From Macrostomum hystrix (lineage: Eukaryota; Animalia; Platyhelminthes), in assembly GCA_950097015.1 (NCBI GenBank), contig CATNEN010000012.1, positions 186,001-250,000 of the forward strand: 64,000 nt of DNA, in the 5' to 3' direction. A model generated the notes under the pieces. The model ran no database searches, had not been told where the DNA came from, and worked only from the letters and a program-made list of their open reading frames with translations. Shown here in pieces: positions 39,180 through 51,000 of this stretch. Each line of letters opens with the position of its first letter. Within the stretch, counting starts at the first letter, position 1. The translations under genes and the position numbers were made by a program.

Positions 39180-40020
39180 TGCTTCACCCTCACCTTCTCT
39201 CCCTCTCTCCCTTACTCTCCCTCCCCCCTCTTACTTCACTCTCACTCTCCCTTTCCCTCCCACTCTAACTCTCACTCTCCCTCTTCCTTTCCCTCTGCAT
39301 ATCCCTCTCACTCTCACTCTCCCTCTCACAATCCCTTTAAGTCTCACTTTCCCTCTCACTCTCCCTCTCACTCTCTACCCTTTACTCTCCCTCTCCCTCT
39401 CACTCTCTATCCTTTACTCTCCCTCTCACTCTCTCTCTCACTCTCTATCCTTTACTCTCCCTCTCCCTCTCACTCTCTATCCTTTACTCTCCCTCTCACT
39501 CTCTCTCTCACTCTCCCTTTCACTCTCTCTCACTCTCCCTCTCACTCTCTCTCACTCTCCCTCTCACTCTCTCTCTCACTCTCCCTCTCACAATCCCTTT
39601 AAGTCTCACTTTCCCTCTCACTCTAACTCTCACTCTTAATCTCCATATTCGTCTTACTCTCCTTCTCCAGATCCTTCTCCCTCTCACTCTCTCTCTCACT
39701 CTCTATCCTTTACTCTCCCTCTCCCTCTTACTCTCTATCCTTTACTCTCCCTCTCCCTCTCACTCTCTATCCTTTACTCTCCCTCTCCCTCTCACTCTCT
39801 ATCCTTTACTCTCCCTCTCCCTCTCACTCTCTATCCTTTACTCTCCCTCTCCCTCTCACTCTCTATCCTTTACTCTCCCTGTCCCTCTCACTCTCTATCC
39901 TTTACTCTCCCTCTCCCTCTCACTCTCTATCCTTTACTCTCCCTCTCACTCTCCCTCTCACTCTCCCTCTCACTCTTTCTCTCCTTCTCACTATCCCTCT
40001 CCCTCTCAATCTCACTCTCT
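39180..40020. repeat. CT-rich low-complexity array
   Basis: ctctcactctctatcctttactctcc-type units. Confidence 0.9.
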
Positions 40021-40377
40021 TTCTCGGAGTGAATATTTTGAAATGGCAGTACGAGCGTTGATCAAGTAACAAATTTATTTATCAAGCAAACATCTCTGTA
40101 GCCAGAATGTTTCTGTCTCCGATCGGCACTGTGTACTCGATCCGGTGGTTGGCACAGTTTCAAGCCCCGATAAAAATCCTAATTGTAGCACTACTTGGCC
40201 GCAAAATTTACGAGTATTTTGCAGCTATGCTGCAGTCATCCGTTATTAGTTTTTTCTGCTGTGTTCTTCATCAGGGTTGCTAGATGAAGGCTATTAGGCT
40301 GGCATAGCTCGTTTGTCTGTTCTGTTATGGAATCGTTCTGAATCTACAAAGTGCGCAAATGCACCTCCCAAATGAAT

Positions 40378-40965
40378 CTCCCTTCTTTCTCCCTCCCTCC
40401 TTCCCCCTCCCTTCCTTCTCCCTCCCTCCTTCTCCCTCCCTTCCTTCTCCCTCCCTTCCTTCTCCCTCCCTCCTTCTCCCTCCCTTCCTTCTCCCTCCCT
40501 CCTTCTCCCTCCCTCCTCCCTTCCTCCTTCTCCCTCCCTCCTTCTCCCTTCCTCCTTCTCCCTCCCTTCTTCTCCCCCCTCCTTCTCCCTGCCTCCTCCA
40601 TTCCTCCTTCTCCCTTCCTCCTTCTCCCTTCCTCCTTCTCCCTTCCTCCTTCTCCCTCCCTTCTTCTCCCCCTCCTTCTCCCTGCCTCCTCCATTCCTCC
40701 TTCTCCCTTCCTCCTTCTCCCTTCCTCCTTCTCCCTCCCTCCTTCTCCCTTCCTCCTTCTCCCTCCCCTCTTCTCCCCCTCCTTCTCCCTGCCTCCTCCA
40801 TTCCTCCTTCTCCCTTCCTCCTTCTCCCTCCCCTCTTCTCCCCCCTCCTTCTCCCTGCCTCCTCCATTCCTCCTTCTCCCTTCCTCCTTCTCCCTTCCTC
40901 CTTCTCCCTTCCTCCTTCTCCCTTCCTCCTCCCTACCTACTTCCACCCTCCTCCTTCTCCCTTCG
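40378..40965. repeat. Polypyrimidine (ccttctccct)n tract
   Basis: Almost pure C/T on the + strand. Confidence 0.95.
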
Positions 40966-41036
40966 CTACCCCTTTTTTCAGTGTCTTCTCTTTACCTAAA
41001 ATATTTAACGGTATATAGTTATCTACCATTTAATAC

Positions 41037-41326
41037 GGGGGCTTGTAGCATAGTTGTAAGAGCGACGAACTCACGACTTCAAGGTCGGGGGTTCGATTCC
41101 TGACTATTCTATAACAATTTGTGTCCTTTAGCAAGACCTTTAACTCTGCATCGCTTCAGTTCACCCAGCTGTTAAATGGGTACCAGCATTAGCTGGAGTA
41201 ATTGAGGGTGGGTGTGGCGTCCCCCTCAGTCCATGGACTGAACAGCCGTACGCAGCCTTCAGATGCGACACGCAATAGCTGCGGCTGCACATTTGGCCCG
41301 ACTGGGGCAGGTTTAATAAAAAAAGT
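41037..41326 (+). mobile_element. tRNA-derived CORE-like SINE (copy 3, most complete)
   Basis: A-box-like gtagcatagttgtaa, B box ggttcgattcc, core tgtgtcctttagcaagacctttaactctgcatcgcttcagttcacccagctgttaaatgggtacc, 3' tail ending aataaaaaaag. Confidence 0.8.
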
Positions 41327-42049
41327 TAAAAAAAACTCTTCATAAACTTTGGTAATCTTCTCAAAGTGAAATACTCGTACATTTGTTAATTCTCATTTCG
41401 GAATTTTTCTACAACAAAATCGGACACGACTTTCTGTAGGTCAATCAGTTCTGTTTAAGAGCTTTCTTAGTCTGAGAGAGACTGTCAGGTGCTGCATTTT
41501 CGACTCTGCGCAAGGACCGCTCACCTCTGTTTGCACGCACCGCACATTCTGTAATTAGGCATTTGGAACAGCCGCTTCATACGCTGCAGCTAGGTGGACC
41601 AAGTTACAAATTGAACTACAAAGACAAACAATCAAATATATGTCTATGCAGTTTCTGTTAGCACAGACTAGACTGAACATTTACTATTATAGTTTCCTGA
41701 TAAATATTAGAGTAAAATTTTTTTAATCAATGTCTACACAAATTTTATCACGACATTATAACAAAGGCGCAGATTTTATTTATATTTGGAACAGGCCAAA
41801 TTATCTACTGGCCTCACCTGCGCACTTATTGAACGCAGAAAATTGCCTCAGCAAAATTTGGTATAAATGGCTCTTAAGATATGCATTATTCCAACTGCTT
41901 TAATTTTTTATTTCCGTTCGGGATAAACTCTAAAAGATAATGACTTGTCTGAAATTGTCTGAGGCCAAGTTCAGCATAGGTAAGTTCAAAGTGCGCGTTT
42001 AGTTACTAGGCTGATGTAACTTTTCATTCTGTTAATGATTCGCTGTTAG

Positions 42050-44770
42050 TGATCTCCCACCATTCTCACACATTCTCTCCCATCATTCTCTCCCATCATT
42101 CTCTCCCATCATTCTCTCCCATCATTCTCTCCCATCATTCTCTCCCATCATTCTCTCCCATCATTCTCACCCATTTTCTCCCATTCTCTCCCATCATTCT
42201 CACACATTCTCTCCTGTCATTCTCTCCCATCATTCGCTCCCATCATTCTCTCCCATCATTCTCACACATTCTCTACCATCATTCTCACACATTCTCTCCT
42301 GTCATTCTCTCCCATCATTCTCTCCCATCATTCTCACACATTCTCTCCCATCATTCTCACACATTCTCTCCCATCATTCTCACACATTCTCTCCCATCAT
42401 TCTCACACATTCTCTCCCATCATTCTCACACATTCTCTCCCATTCTCTCCCATCTTTCTCACCCATTCTCTACCATCTTTCTCACCCATTCTCTACCATC
42501 TTTCTCACCCATTATCTCCTATCTTTCTCACCCATTCTCTCCCATCTTTCTCACCCATTCTCTCCCATCATTCTCACCCATTCTCTCCCATTCTCTCCCA
42601 TTCTCTCCCATCTTTCTCACCCATTCTCTCCCATCTTTCTCACCCATTCTCTCCCATCTTTCTCACACATTCTCTCCCATCTTTCTCACCCATTCTCTCC
42701 CATCTTTCTCACCCATTCTCTCCCATCTTTCTCACCCATTCTCTCCCATCTTTCTCACCCATTCTCTCCCATCTTTCTCACCCATTCTCTCCCATCTTTC
42801 TCACCCATTCTCTCCCATCTTTCTCACCCATTCTCTCCCATCATTCTCACACATTCTCTCCCATCATTCTCACACATTCTCTCCCATCATTCTCACACAT
42901 TCTCTCCCATCATTCTCACACATTCTCTCCCATCATTCTCTCCCATCATTCTCTCCCATCATTCTCACCCATCATTCTCACCCATTCTCTCCCATTCTCT
43001 CCCATCTTTCTCACCCATTCTCTACCATCTTTCTCACCCATTATCTCCTATCTTTCTCTCCCATTCTCTCCCATCTTTCTCACCCATTCTCTCCCATTCT
43101 CTCCCATCTTTCTCACCCATTCTCTCCCATTCTCTACCATCTTTCTCACCCATTCTCTACCATCTTTCTCACACATTCTTTCCTGTCATTCTCTCCCATC
43201 ATTCTCTCCCATCATTCTCTCCCATCATTCTCTCCCATCATTCTCACACATTCTCTCCCATCATTCTCACACATTCTCTCCCATCATTCTCTCCCATCAT
43301 TCTCTCCCATCATTCTCACCCATTCTCTCCCATTCTCTCCCATCTTTTTCACCCATTCTCTACCATCTTTCTCACCCATTCTCTCCCATCATTCTCACAC
43401 ATTCTTTCCTGTCATTTTCTCCCATCATTCTCTCCCATCATTCTCACCCATTCTCTCCCATCATTCTCACACATTCTCTCCCATCATTCTCACACATTCT
43501 CTCCCATCATTCTCACACATTCTCTCCCATCATTCTCACACATTCTCTCCCATCATTCTCTCCCATCATTCTCTCCCATCATTCTCACCCATCATTCTCA
43601 CCCATTCTCTCCCATTCTCTCCCATCTTTCTCACCCATTCTCTACCATCTTTCTCACCCATTATCTCCTATCTTTCTCTCCCATTCTCTCCCATCTTTCT
43701 CACCCATTCTCTCCCATTCTCTCCCATCTTTCTCACCCATTCTCTCCCATTCTCTACCATCTTTCTCACCCATTCTCTACCATCTTTCTCACACATTCTT
43801 TCCTGTCATTCTCTCCCATCATTCTCTCCCATCATTCTCTCCCATCATTCTCTCCCATCATTCTCACACATTCTCTCCCATCATTCTCACACATTCTCTC
43901 CCATCATTCTCTCCCATCATTCTCTCCCATCATTCTCACCCATTCTCTCCCATTCTCTCCCATCTTTCTCACCCATTCTCTACCATCTTTCTCACCCATT
44001 CTCTCCCATCATTCTCACACATTCTTTCCTGTCATTTTCTCCCATCATTCTCTCCCATCATTCTCACCCATTCTCTCCCATCATTCTCACACATTCTCTC
44101 CCATCATTCTCACACATTCTCTCCCATCATTCTCACACATTCTCTCCCATCATTCTCACACATTCTCTCCCATCATTCTCACACATTCTCTCCCATCATT
44201 CTCTCCCATCATTCTCTCCCATCATTCTCACCCATCATTCTCACCCATTCTCTCCCATTCTCTCCCATCTTTCTCACCCATTCTCTACCATCTTTCTCAC
44301 CCATTATCTCCTATCTTTCTCTCCCATTCTCTCCCATCTTTCTCACCCATTCTCTACCATCTTTCTCACCCATTATCTCCTATCTTTCTCACCCATTCTC
44401 TCCCATCTTTCTCACCCATTCTCTCCCATCATTCTCACCCATTCTCTCCCATTCTCTCCCATTCTCTCCCATCTTTCTCACCCATTCTCTACTATCTTTC
44501 TCACCCATTCTCTCCCATCTTTCTCACACATTCTCTCCCATCTTTCTCACCCATTCTCTCCCATCTTTCTCACCCATTCTCTCCCATCTTTCTCACCCAT
44601 TCTCTGCCATCTTTCTCACCCATTCTCTCCCATCTTTCTCACCCATTCTCTCCCATCTTTCTCACCCATTCTCTCCCATCTTTCTCACCCATTCTCTACC
44701 ATCTTTCTCACCCATTCTCTGCCATCTTTCTCACCCATTCTCTTACCCATGAAATCAGTTTTTTTCATAC
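42050..44770. repeat. Complex 10-20-bp CT-rich satellite with a 620-bp higher-order duplication
   Basis: ctctcccatcattctcac units. Marker acacattctttcctgtc at 43171 and 43791, and ttatctccta at 43041 and 43661. Confidence 0.92.
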
Positions 44771-45704
44771 ATTTCTAGCCGCATTTGTCACGTATCGGTG
44801 CCCATACGAGTCTCATATCCTTTCGGCTACTCTGCCGGCCTCACTGATTAGCCTAATTGAGTATGGAGGCGGACAAGCTGCGAGAACCCCCATGAGCTGT
44901 CCCGGCATCGATGACGGAACTCAGAACTGATGAGCAGGGGGATCTCGGACAGAGAACGTGGTCCGACTTACAAAATCTGCTTTTGAGCAGTGAGCGCTCA
45001 ATCTAACGACTTTTGCTGGCTACTAGAAGCAATTGCCTGCCACTTAGTCACAGCTGCATGGTAGTGGCGAGAGAGAAGAGAAGCTGATGCTGGGCATTGG
45101 GGGACTGGGGAGTGGACAGCCGGCTGAAAATCAACTTAATCAGATTGCATGCGACCAGAATATCCGCAATCAGATATGCCAGCCACTATATTTCAAGCGT
45201 CAACAGTCGGACCCGACCCTGAGCTTTCCTTTCCTTTTTAAAATGCCCCCCTTCCAACTAACCCAGTTCGAGCACCTCGACTCAAATTATTGGGCCGGGC
45301 TGAGATTACGCAACAAAACTCAGCGCATGCGTCAGCCCCAAACCGCCTGTTGTGAAATATCTCACTGAGCACACGAGAACTGTTGCTTGCTCAAGGCCTA
45401 TAGCTCAAATATGTTGCGCTAACGTCCCTAGGGCTGGTTGAGTCGTTCACGCGTTGCTATCACTGCCGCGCAACTGCCAACTTTGCCCGCCCATCCCCAG
45501 CCACAGACTGCTATCGACTGGCGAAGGGATTTTGAAGGATTACCTACAGCTCTATCCTGGTGGGCATTGGCAGAAATCTGAAAGCATGATGGTCGTGTTT
45601 GGCTGGACCCGGCGAGTCTTTATAGTCTGCCGACAGATATTGTGGTGCAATTCTGCCACTTCAGCTCTCTCCTTCATGGGATACAACAGCGATCCATTCA
45701 TTTC

Positions 45705-46135
45705 CTTCATGCCTGGGATAGACTAGCAATCCATTCGATTCCTTTAACACTGGGATATATTAGCAATCCATTCTATTCCTTCATGCCTGGGATAGATTAG
45801 CAATCCATTCTATTCCTTCATGCCTGGGATAGATTAGCAATCCATTCTATTCCTTCATGCCTGGGATAGATTAGCAATCCATTCTATTCCTTCATGCCTG
45901 GTATAGATTAGCAATCCATTCTATTCCTTCATGTTTGATATACGAGCTAGATTAGGCAATCCATTCTATTCCTTCATGTTTGATATACGAGATAGATTAG
46001 CAATCCATTCTATTCCTTCATGCCTGGGATAGATTAGCAATCTATTCTATTCCTTCATGCCTGGTATAGATTAGCAATCCATTCTATTCCTTCATGCCTG
46101 GTATAGATTAGCAATCCATTCTATTCCCTCATCCA
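45705..46135. repeat. 37-bp minisatellite
   Basis: tcatgcctgggatagattagcaatccattctattcct. Confidence 0.92.
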
Positions 46136-46854
46136 TGGGCCAGGTTTTATTTGATTTCTATTTGTTCATAAAGTCAGGTAAATCATGCTGGTAGATGTAG
46201 TTAAAGTTCAAGCAGATAGCATCTGCTTCAACAAGGTGTGTGCTTTTGTTGACTGGAGAAAAAAGCAGTGTTTCACTGTTTCTGCAGCTAAGCTAGCTTT
46301 ATGTCATTATTCTATGTAATTATATTTTGTGAAATCTCCGCCATGATAAACACAGCAAGTAAGCCCTTAACTTTTTATGATGGTGATTTGAACGAATGAA
46401 GCGTGGTAAATCTCTACGGGCATGCTTAGATTCAGAGCTGCGTGAATCTGCTTCTTCAGATAGTATACCTTAGATTACATTGGAGCCAATTTCCAACAAG
46501 GATATTGTGAATCCGCTCAGCCTGGGTAGGCAGAATTCAAGAAAAAAGGATTGAATTTTCGAGTTGAGCTCGTTTTGGCTCCAGATTTTGGCCCAATCCG
46601 AGCCCGGGGCCCGCTGCGGCAACTTGACAATTTCCAAGAAATCATCGAGTGCCTGACAAAAAAGATGCTAATCTGACTTAGGATTATCGGATTAGCAAGT
46701 CTTTAATTCTAGCCAGTGGCCTGACTGCCAAATTGTCTGGGAAATTGTAATGCCTCAGCCAAGTACTGCCCCATGGTAGAGCGGGACAACATTGACAGTG
46801 TCAGAGTGGCATTGACATCTCATGTCATTCGTAATATTTCCTCGAAATACTCCT

Positions 46855-47075
46855 TCCGACTCTATCCGACTCTATCCGACTCTATCGGACTCTATCGGAC
46901 TCTATCGGACTCTATCCGACTCTATCGGACTCTATCGGACTCTATCCGACTCTATCGGACTCTATCGGACTCTATCGGACTCTATCCAACTCTATCCGAC
47001 TCAACCCGACTCTATCCGCCTCTATCTGACGCTATCCGCCTCTATCCGACTCTATCCGACTCTATCCAACTTTAT
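46855..47075. repeat. 10-bp tandem repeat
   Basis: ctctatc(c/g)ga units. Confidence 0.92.
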
Positions 47076-48096
47076 CACACATTATCCCACGATCTATTTC
47101 ATTCTATCCAGCCACACAACACGTATCTTTTACAGCCATTTTCCCACCCATCCCAACCCTTTCACTGCTTCTATTCCCCTGCTGTGTTTTAGACGGTCGG
47201 CGCAGATTTTTTCACCATTTTTCCCCATTATTAAAGTTTTCCATGAAACTCTTTAAAATCCTTACAGAACTTCTTATGTTAAAGCCAGATTGTGAAACTA
47301 TAAACGCTTTAAACATAATTTAGTTGAACACTGATTAGAGAGCCAATTATAGATGCTCAACTCTGATTGGCTAATCCGACTAACCAATGGGAGAGTAGCG
47401 TGAACGAAAATGGAACAGCGAAGATAGCTAGCTTCCCACGGGTGCGGGGGTTCAGGAAGCTTATCCAAACTCCCGATCCCACAGTGGAAGAAAGAAGAGC
47501 AGAAAGGAGAATTATAAGGCAACAGCGGGCGAACTCGGAGCCGGCCAGTGAGTGAAAGAATTTTGTTTAAAGCCTCACAACCCATCTCAGAATCCCGCAC
47601 CCAAACACGCACACACCAGCCGACTCTAGCTGCCTCCTGCCCGAGAACCCCCTAAGACGGAATTGTTTGCCCTGATGATTGGCGACCTCCGCCCTGCCGA
47701 CTGTTGACTCAGGGAGGCGGGTAGGAGCGCGCTCTGCCGACCTGCCGTCTGACGCGGAGCCTCGGAGAATTCGCGGGCGCCGCAGAGACTCGACAATCCT
47801 GAGTAGAGGGGGCGAAAGCTGGAGTAATTGAAGGCAATCCATCAGGTTTCTCCCAGTTCTGGCTAGCATAAAGTCTAGCTAACCAATACCAACGAAGACT
47901 TGCTCAGACCCCCGACCCCAGCAGCAGCAGCAAACTTGTTTCTTTTAACCCCCCCCCGACCCGATTCTTGACAGAAGAGTTGAAACAGGAAACACAGCTA
48001 ATACGGTTCGTACGCTCAGAAGCGAGTGAAGGTCTCAAATCCCAGCTTACTATTCGTTTTGTTCCGTCAGGTAGTGGCGGTGCCGCGCAGCGTCGG

Positions 48097-51000
48097 ATGG
48101 CTCTGAGTTGTAGGACTGTCATCCTGGATTATTCAGCGGCGATAATCATCGTTCTGCTCGGTGTTCTGCTGTGCAGTCCGCGAGCTGGCTCGGTCAGCGC
48201 CGACTACGGTGAGTTGAGCTACTCAATTTACCCGCTTTTTGGGTGTCCGGCTCTTCTTGAGCTCTCTTCTTCTTGTCCTTCTTCTTGGATATGAACTTGG
48301 CTTCGAATTACGAGTACCTATAAAAGGTAAGAAAGCGAAAATATCAAGTGTTCTTGTTCTGTGTCAAGATAAAAATTCATTTTTTAATCTGAATTTTTAA
48401 TCTGAATCTGAAGACCAAAGCAGGGGAGGTATTTAGGCCTTTATTTTAAAAGCGATTTCTAACTGTCCGTTTGTATCTCTCCACAACTGCAGCTTGATAC
48501 ATGAGAGCTCTTAATCAATAGTCTAGGTGTAGATTGCTAATGATGAGGTATGAGATGGGCATGGCCTAAATGACTTTAGTCTATTCTATTCTATAATATT
48601 TTACTCTAATATTGTATAGAATATCGTAGTATATTCTAGAAGCAGAATTCCTAAGTGAGGTTTAAGACAAAGACTAGTTATCGACCACAAAATCTGATTG
48701 GCTAAGTGTAGTTGCTATTTTTAGACAAGCTTGTTGTCATTGGCTGGCTTATTTTTAGCCAATGGAAATTTTTACCTGAAATATCTACCTGATACGAGAA
48801 GATAATAGATTAGAATAGATAAGAAGTAGATAAGAATTATCTGCATTGGTAGATCGTCTACAATAGACAGTTTTCCTCTCTATATAGAAATGTATCCCGT
48901 TGTTGATCAAAGTTATTGCAGCCATGCTTGCTAACCCTTTTTGCGGCCACATTGCCATTAGATGTAATGTGCCGCTTGTTTATTTAGCAGGCTTGGAGGG
49001 GCCTTGCAAAGAGATACCAAATAGGGCTTAAAGAAGTCAAACATCACGCTCGCGCTGCCAGTTCCCAACTGGGAGCCATTCGCCGTCAGCCTTCGATCCT
49101 AAATGCGCGGCTGTAAATTCTGGATAAATTCTAGCTTTGCCCCTACCGGCGCCGCCACAAACTGGCCGGGTGGGGCACTAATTCAATTTTTACAGAGCTC
49201 CAAAATCTGATTAAAACCATTAGGCTGGGCTAGCAGTGAGTGTGTGCGGGACAAACTTGCTAGCACAGCTAAGGGGTTGCTAAACCCTAAAAAACTGCCA
49301 TCTGTACCTGCTTGGTGTCTGATAGCTTATAATAGTTTCCAGTGATAATATAGGAATGCGGATGTAATAAAACTCTGATGTTTGCTCATAAGTGCACTTT
49401 TATTCAGATCCATTAGCTAATGCGCGGCAAAAATGTCTAGTTGATCAGCTTTTACCATAAACAACAAACTCATAGATTACCATAGACAACTCATAGATTA
49501 CAATAGACAACTAGCTCATATATTTCCATAGACAACTAGCTCATAGATTACCATAGACAACTAGCTAATAGATTACCATAGACAATTAGCTCATAGATTA
49601 TCATAGACAACTAGCTAATAGATTACCATAGACAACCAACTCATAAATTACCATAGACAACCAACTCACGGCTTCCACGCACACTCTCTCCGCTATAATG
49701 CACTCTTTCCGCCAGCGAAGTATTCAAAAGCGCCCCTCATAAACTTTTGATTCTAAAGAGATGAGTCGAAACTAAAGACTTGCGCTAAGCTTTGGCCGCG
49801 TATATTCTTGATATATATTCTCTCTCTCTCCCTTATACTTAAACTATTGGCACACCAGCCGCAGTCAGTGAGCATTTTGGCATCTCGGCACTCCCTATAT
49901 AGTTAGGCTGCGTTTCAAAATTTGACTATTTCTACAGACTGTACGAGAGAAGCAACAATTCAAGTTCAAAGCTTTAAAAAATCGAAAAAGCAGAAAGAGA
50001 TGCGAGAGAGGAGGTAGAGGAGAGATTAGGGGAGAGCTGATGAGCGAGATGAAAAATGAGAGATGAGAGAGGCGAGATGAGAGAGGAGAGATAAGGGAGG
50101 AGAGTTGAGAGAGGGCAGATGAGAGAGGGGAGATGAGAGAGGGGAGATGAGAGAGGGGAGATGAGGGAGGGCAGATGAGAGAGGGCAGATGAGAGAGGGC
50201 AGACGAGAGAGGAGAGATGAGAGAGGGGAGATGAGAGAGGAGAGATGAGAGAGGGCAGATGAGAGAGGAGATGATGAAGGAGGAGAGATGAGGAAACATT
50301 ATGCTGGACTTAAGTTTCTGTTTTGCTTCCAATCGGTTTCAACAGGAATCGATTCCTCAGTTAATCGCTCTGATTTGGTGATCAGTTTTTAGGCAGATTT
50401 CAATTCTCATCTGCGCTCTTGCTGCTGCACTTTTAACTCTTGAAGCTCTTCCCCCCTGCTCGGAGTGTCTTATTCTAGTGTGTCTGTCTGGCTATGTAAT
50501 GACCCACTCTGCACAATTGCGAGGCGAGCCATAAGACTGGCAGGCGAAGAGAGGAGAAGGTTGCGGCGGGGGGTTCTTAGCGGGCCCGAACCGTTCGACT
50601 GTTGGCAAGCCACCGATTTGGGCCAAGCATTCGGCATTGATTTCTGGCTTCCAAGCGAAACTTGGACAGAGCACTTCCTTCCTTCCTCAGTTCTGTCTCT
50701 TTCCATTCTCTCTCACCGTCCGCTGGTGATGAGCCTTGCCTATATGGATGCGAATTCTACTGATTTGTTGCCATTTTTTATTTCAAATAAAAACGTAGAC
50801 TCAACTTCCACAAGCAACTAACTGGTCAGCAACTGACTTTAGAGCGCAACCTTCTTGAAGACCCCAAGCCACGGCACGTTTGACCCTAGCTGAAAAGTAA
50901 CTAGCAAAAAAAGGAAATTTTTTAGCCAATAACGCAGCTTCACCCGGAGGCCGTCAGCATGCGCAGAATGGGTCGCTAACGAACACAGGACGCCTGCGGC

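Noticed and set aside
40250-40280. Hammerhead ribozyme cores (CTGATGA...GAAA on the minus strand here; also CTGATGAG at ~44927 and ctgag...cgaaac at ~52345)
   Set aside because: No pairing stem II or flanking stems could be drawn. An Infernal/Rfam scan would be decisive.
41037-41110. Possible tRNA gene
   Set aside because: The acceptor stem does not close, and the sequence continues into the shared SINE body found at two other loci.
42049-44778. 909-aa His/Ser/Leu-rich ORF
   Set aside because: A G-poor satellite that rarely forms stop codons.
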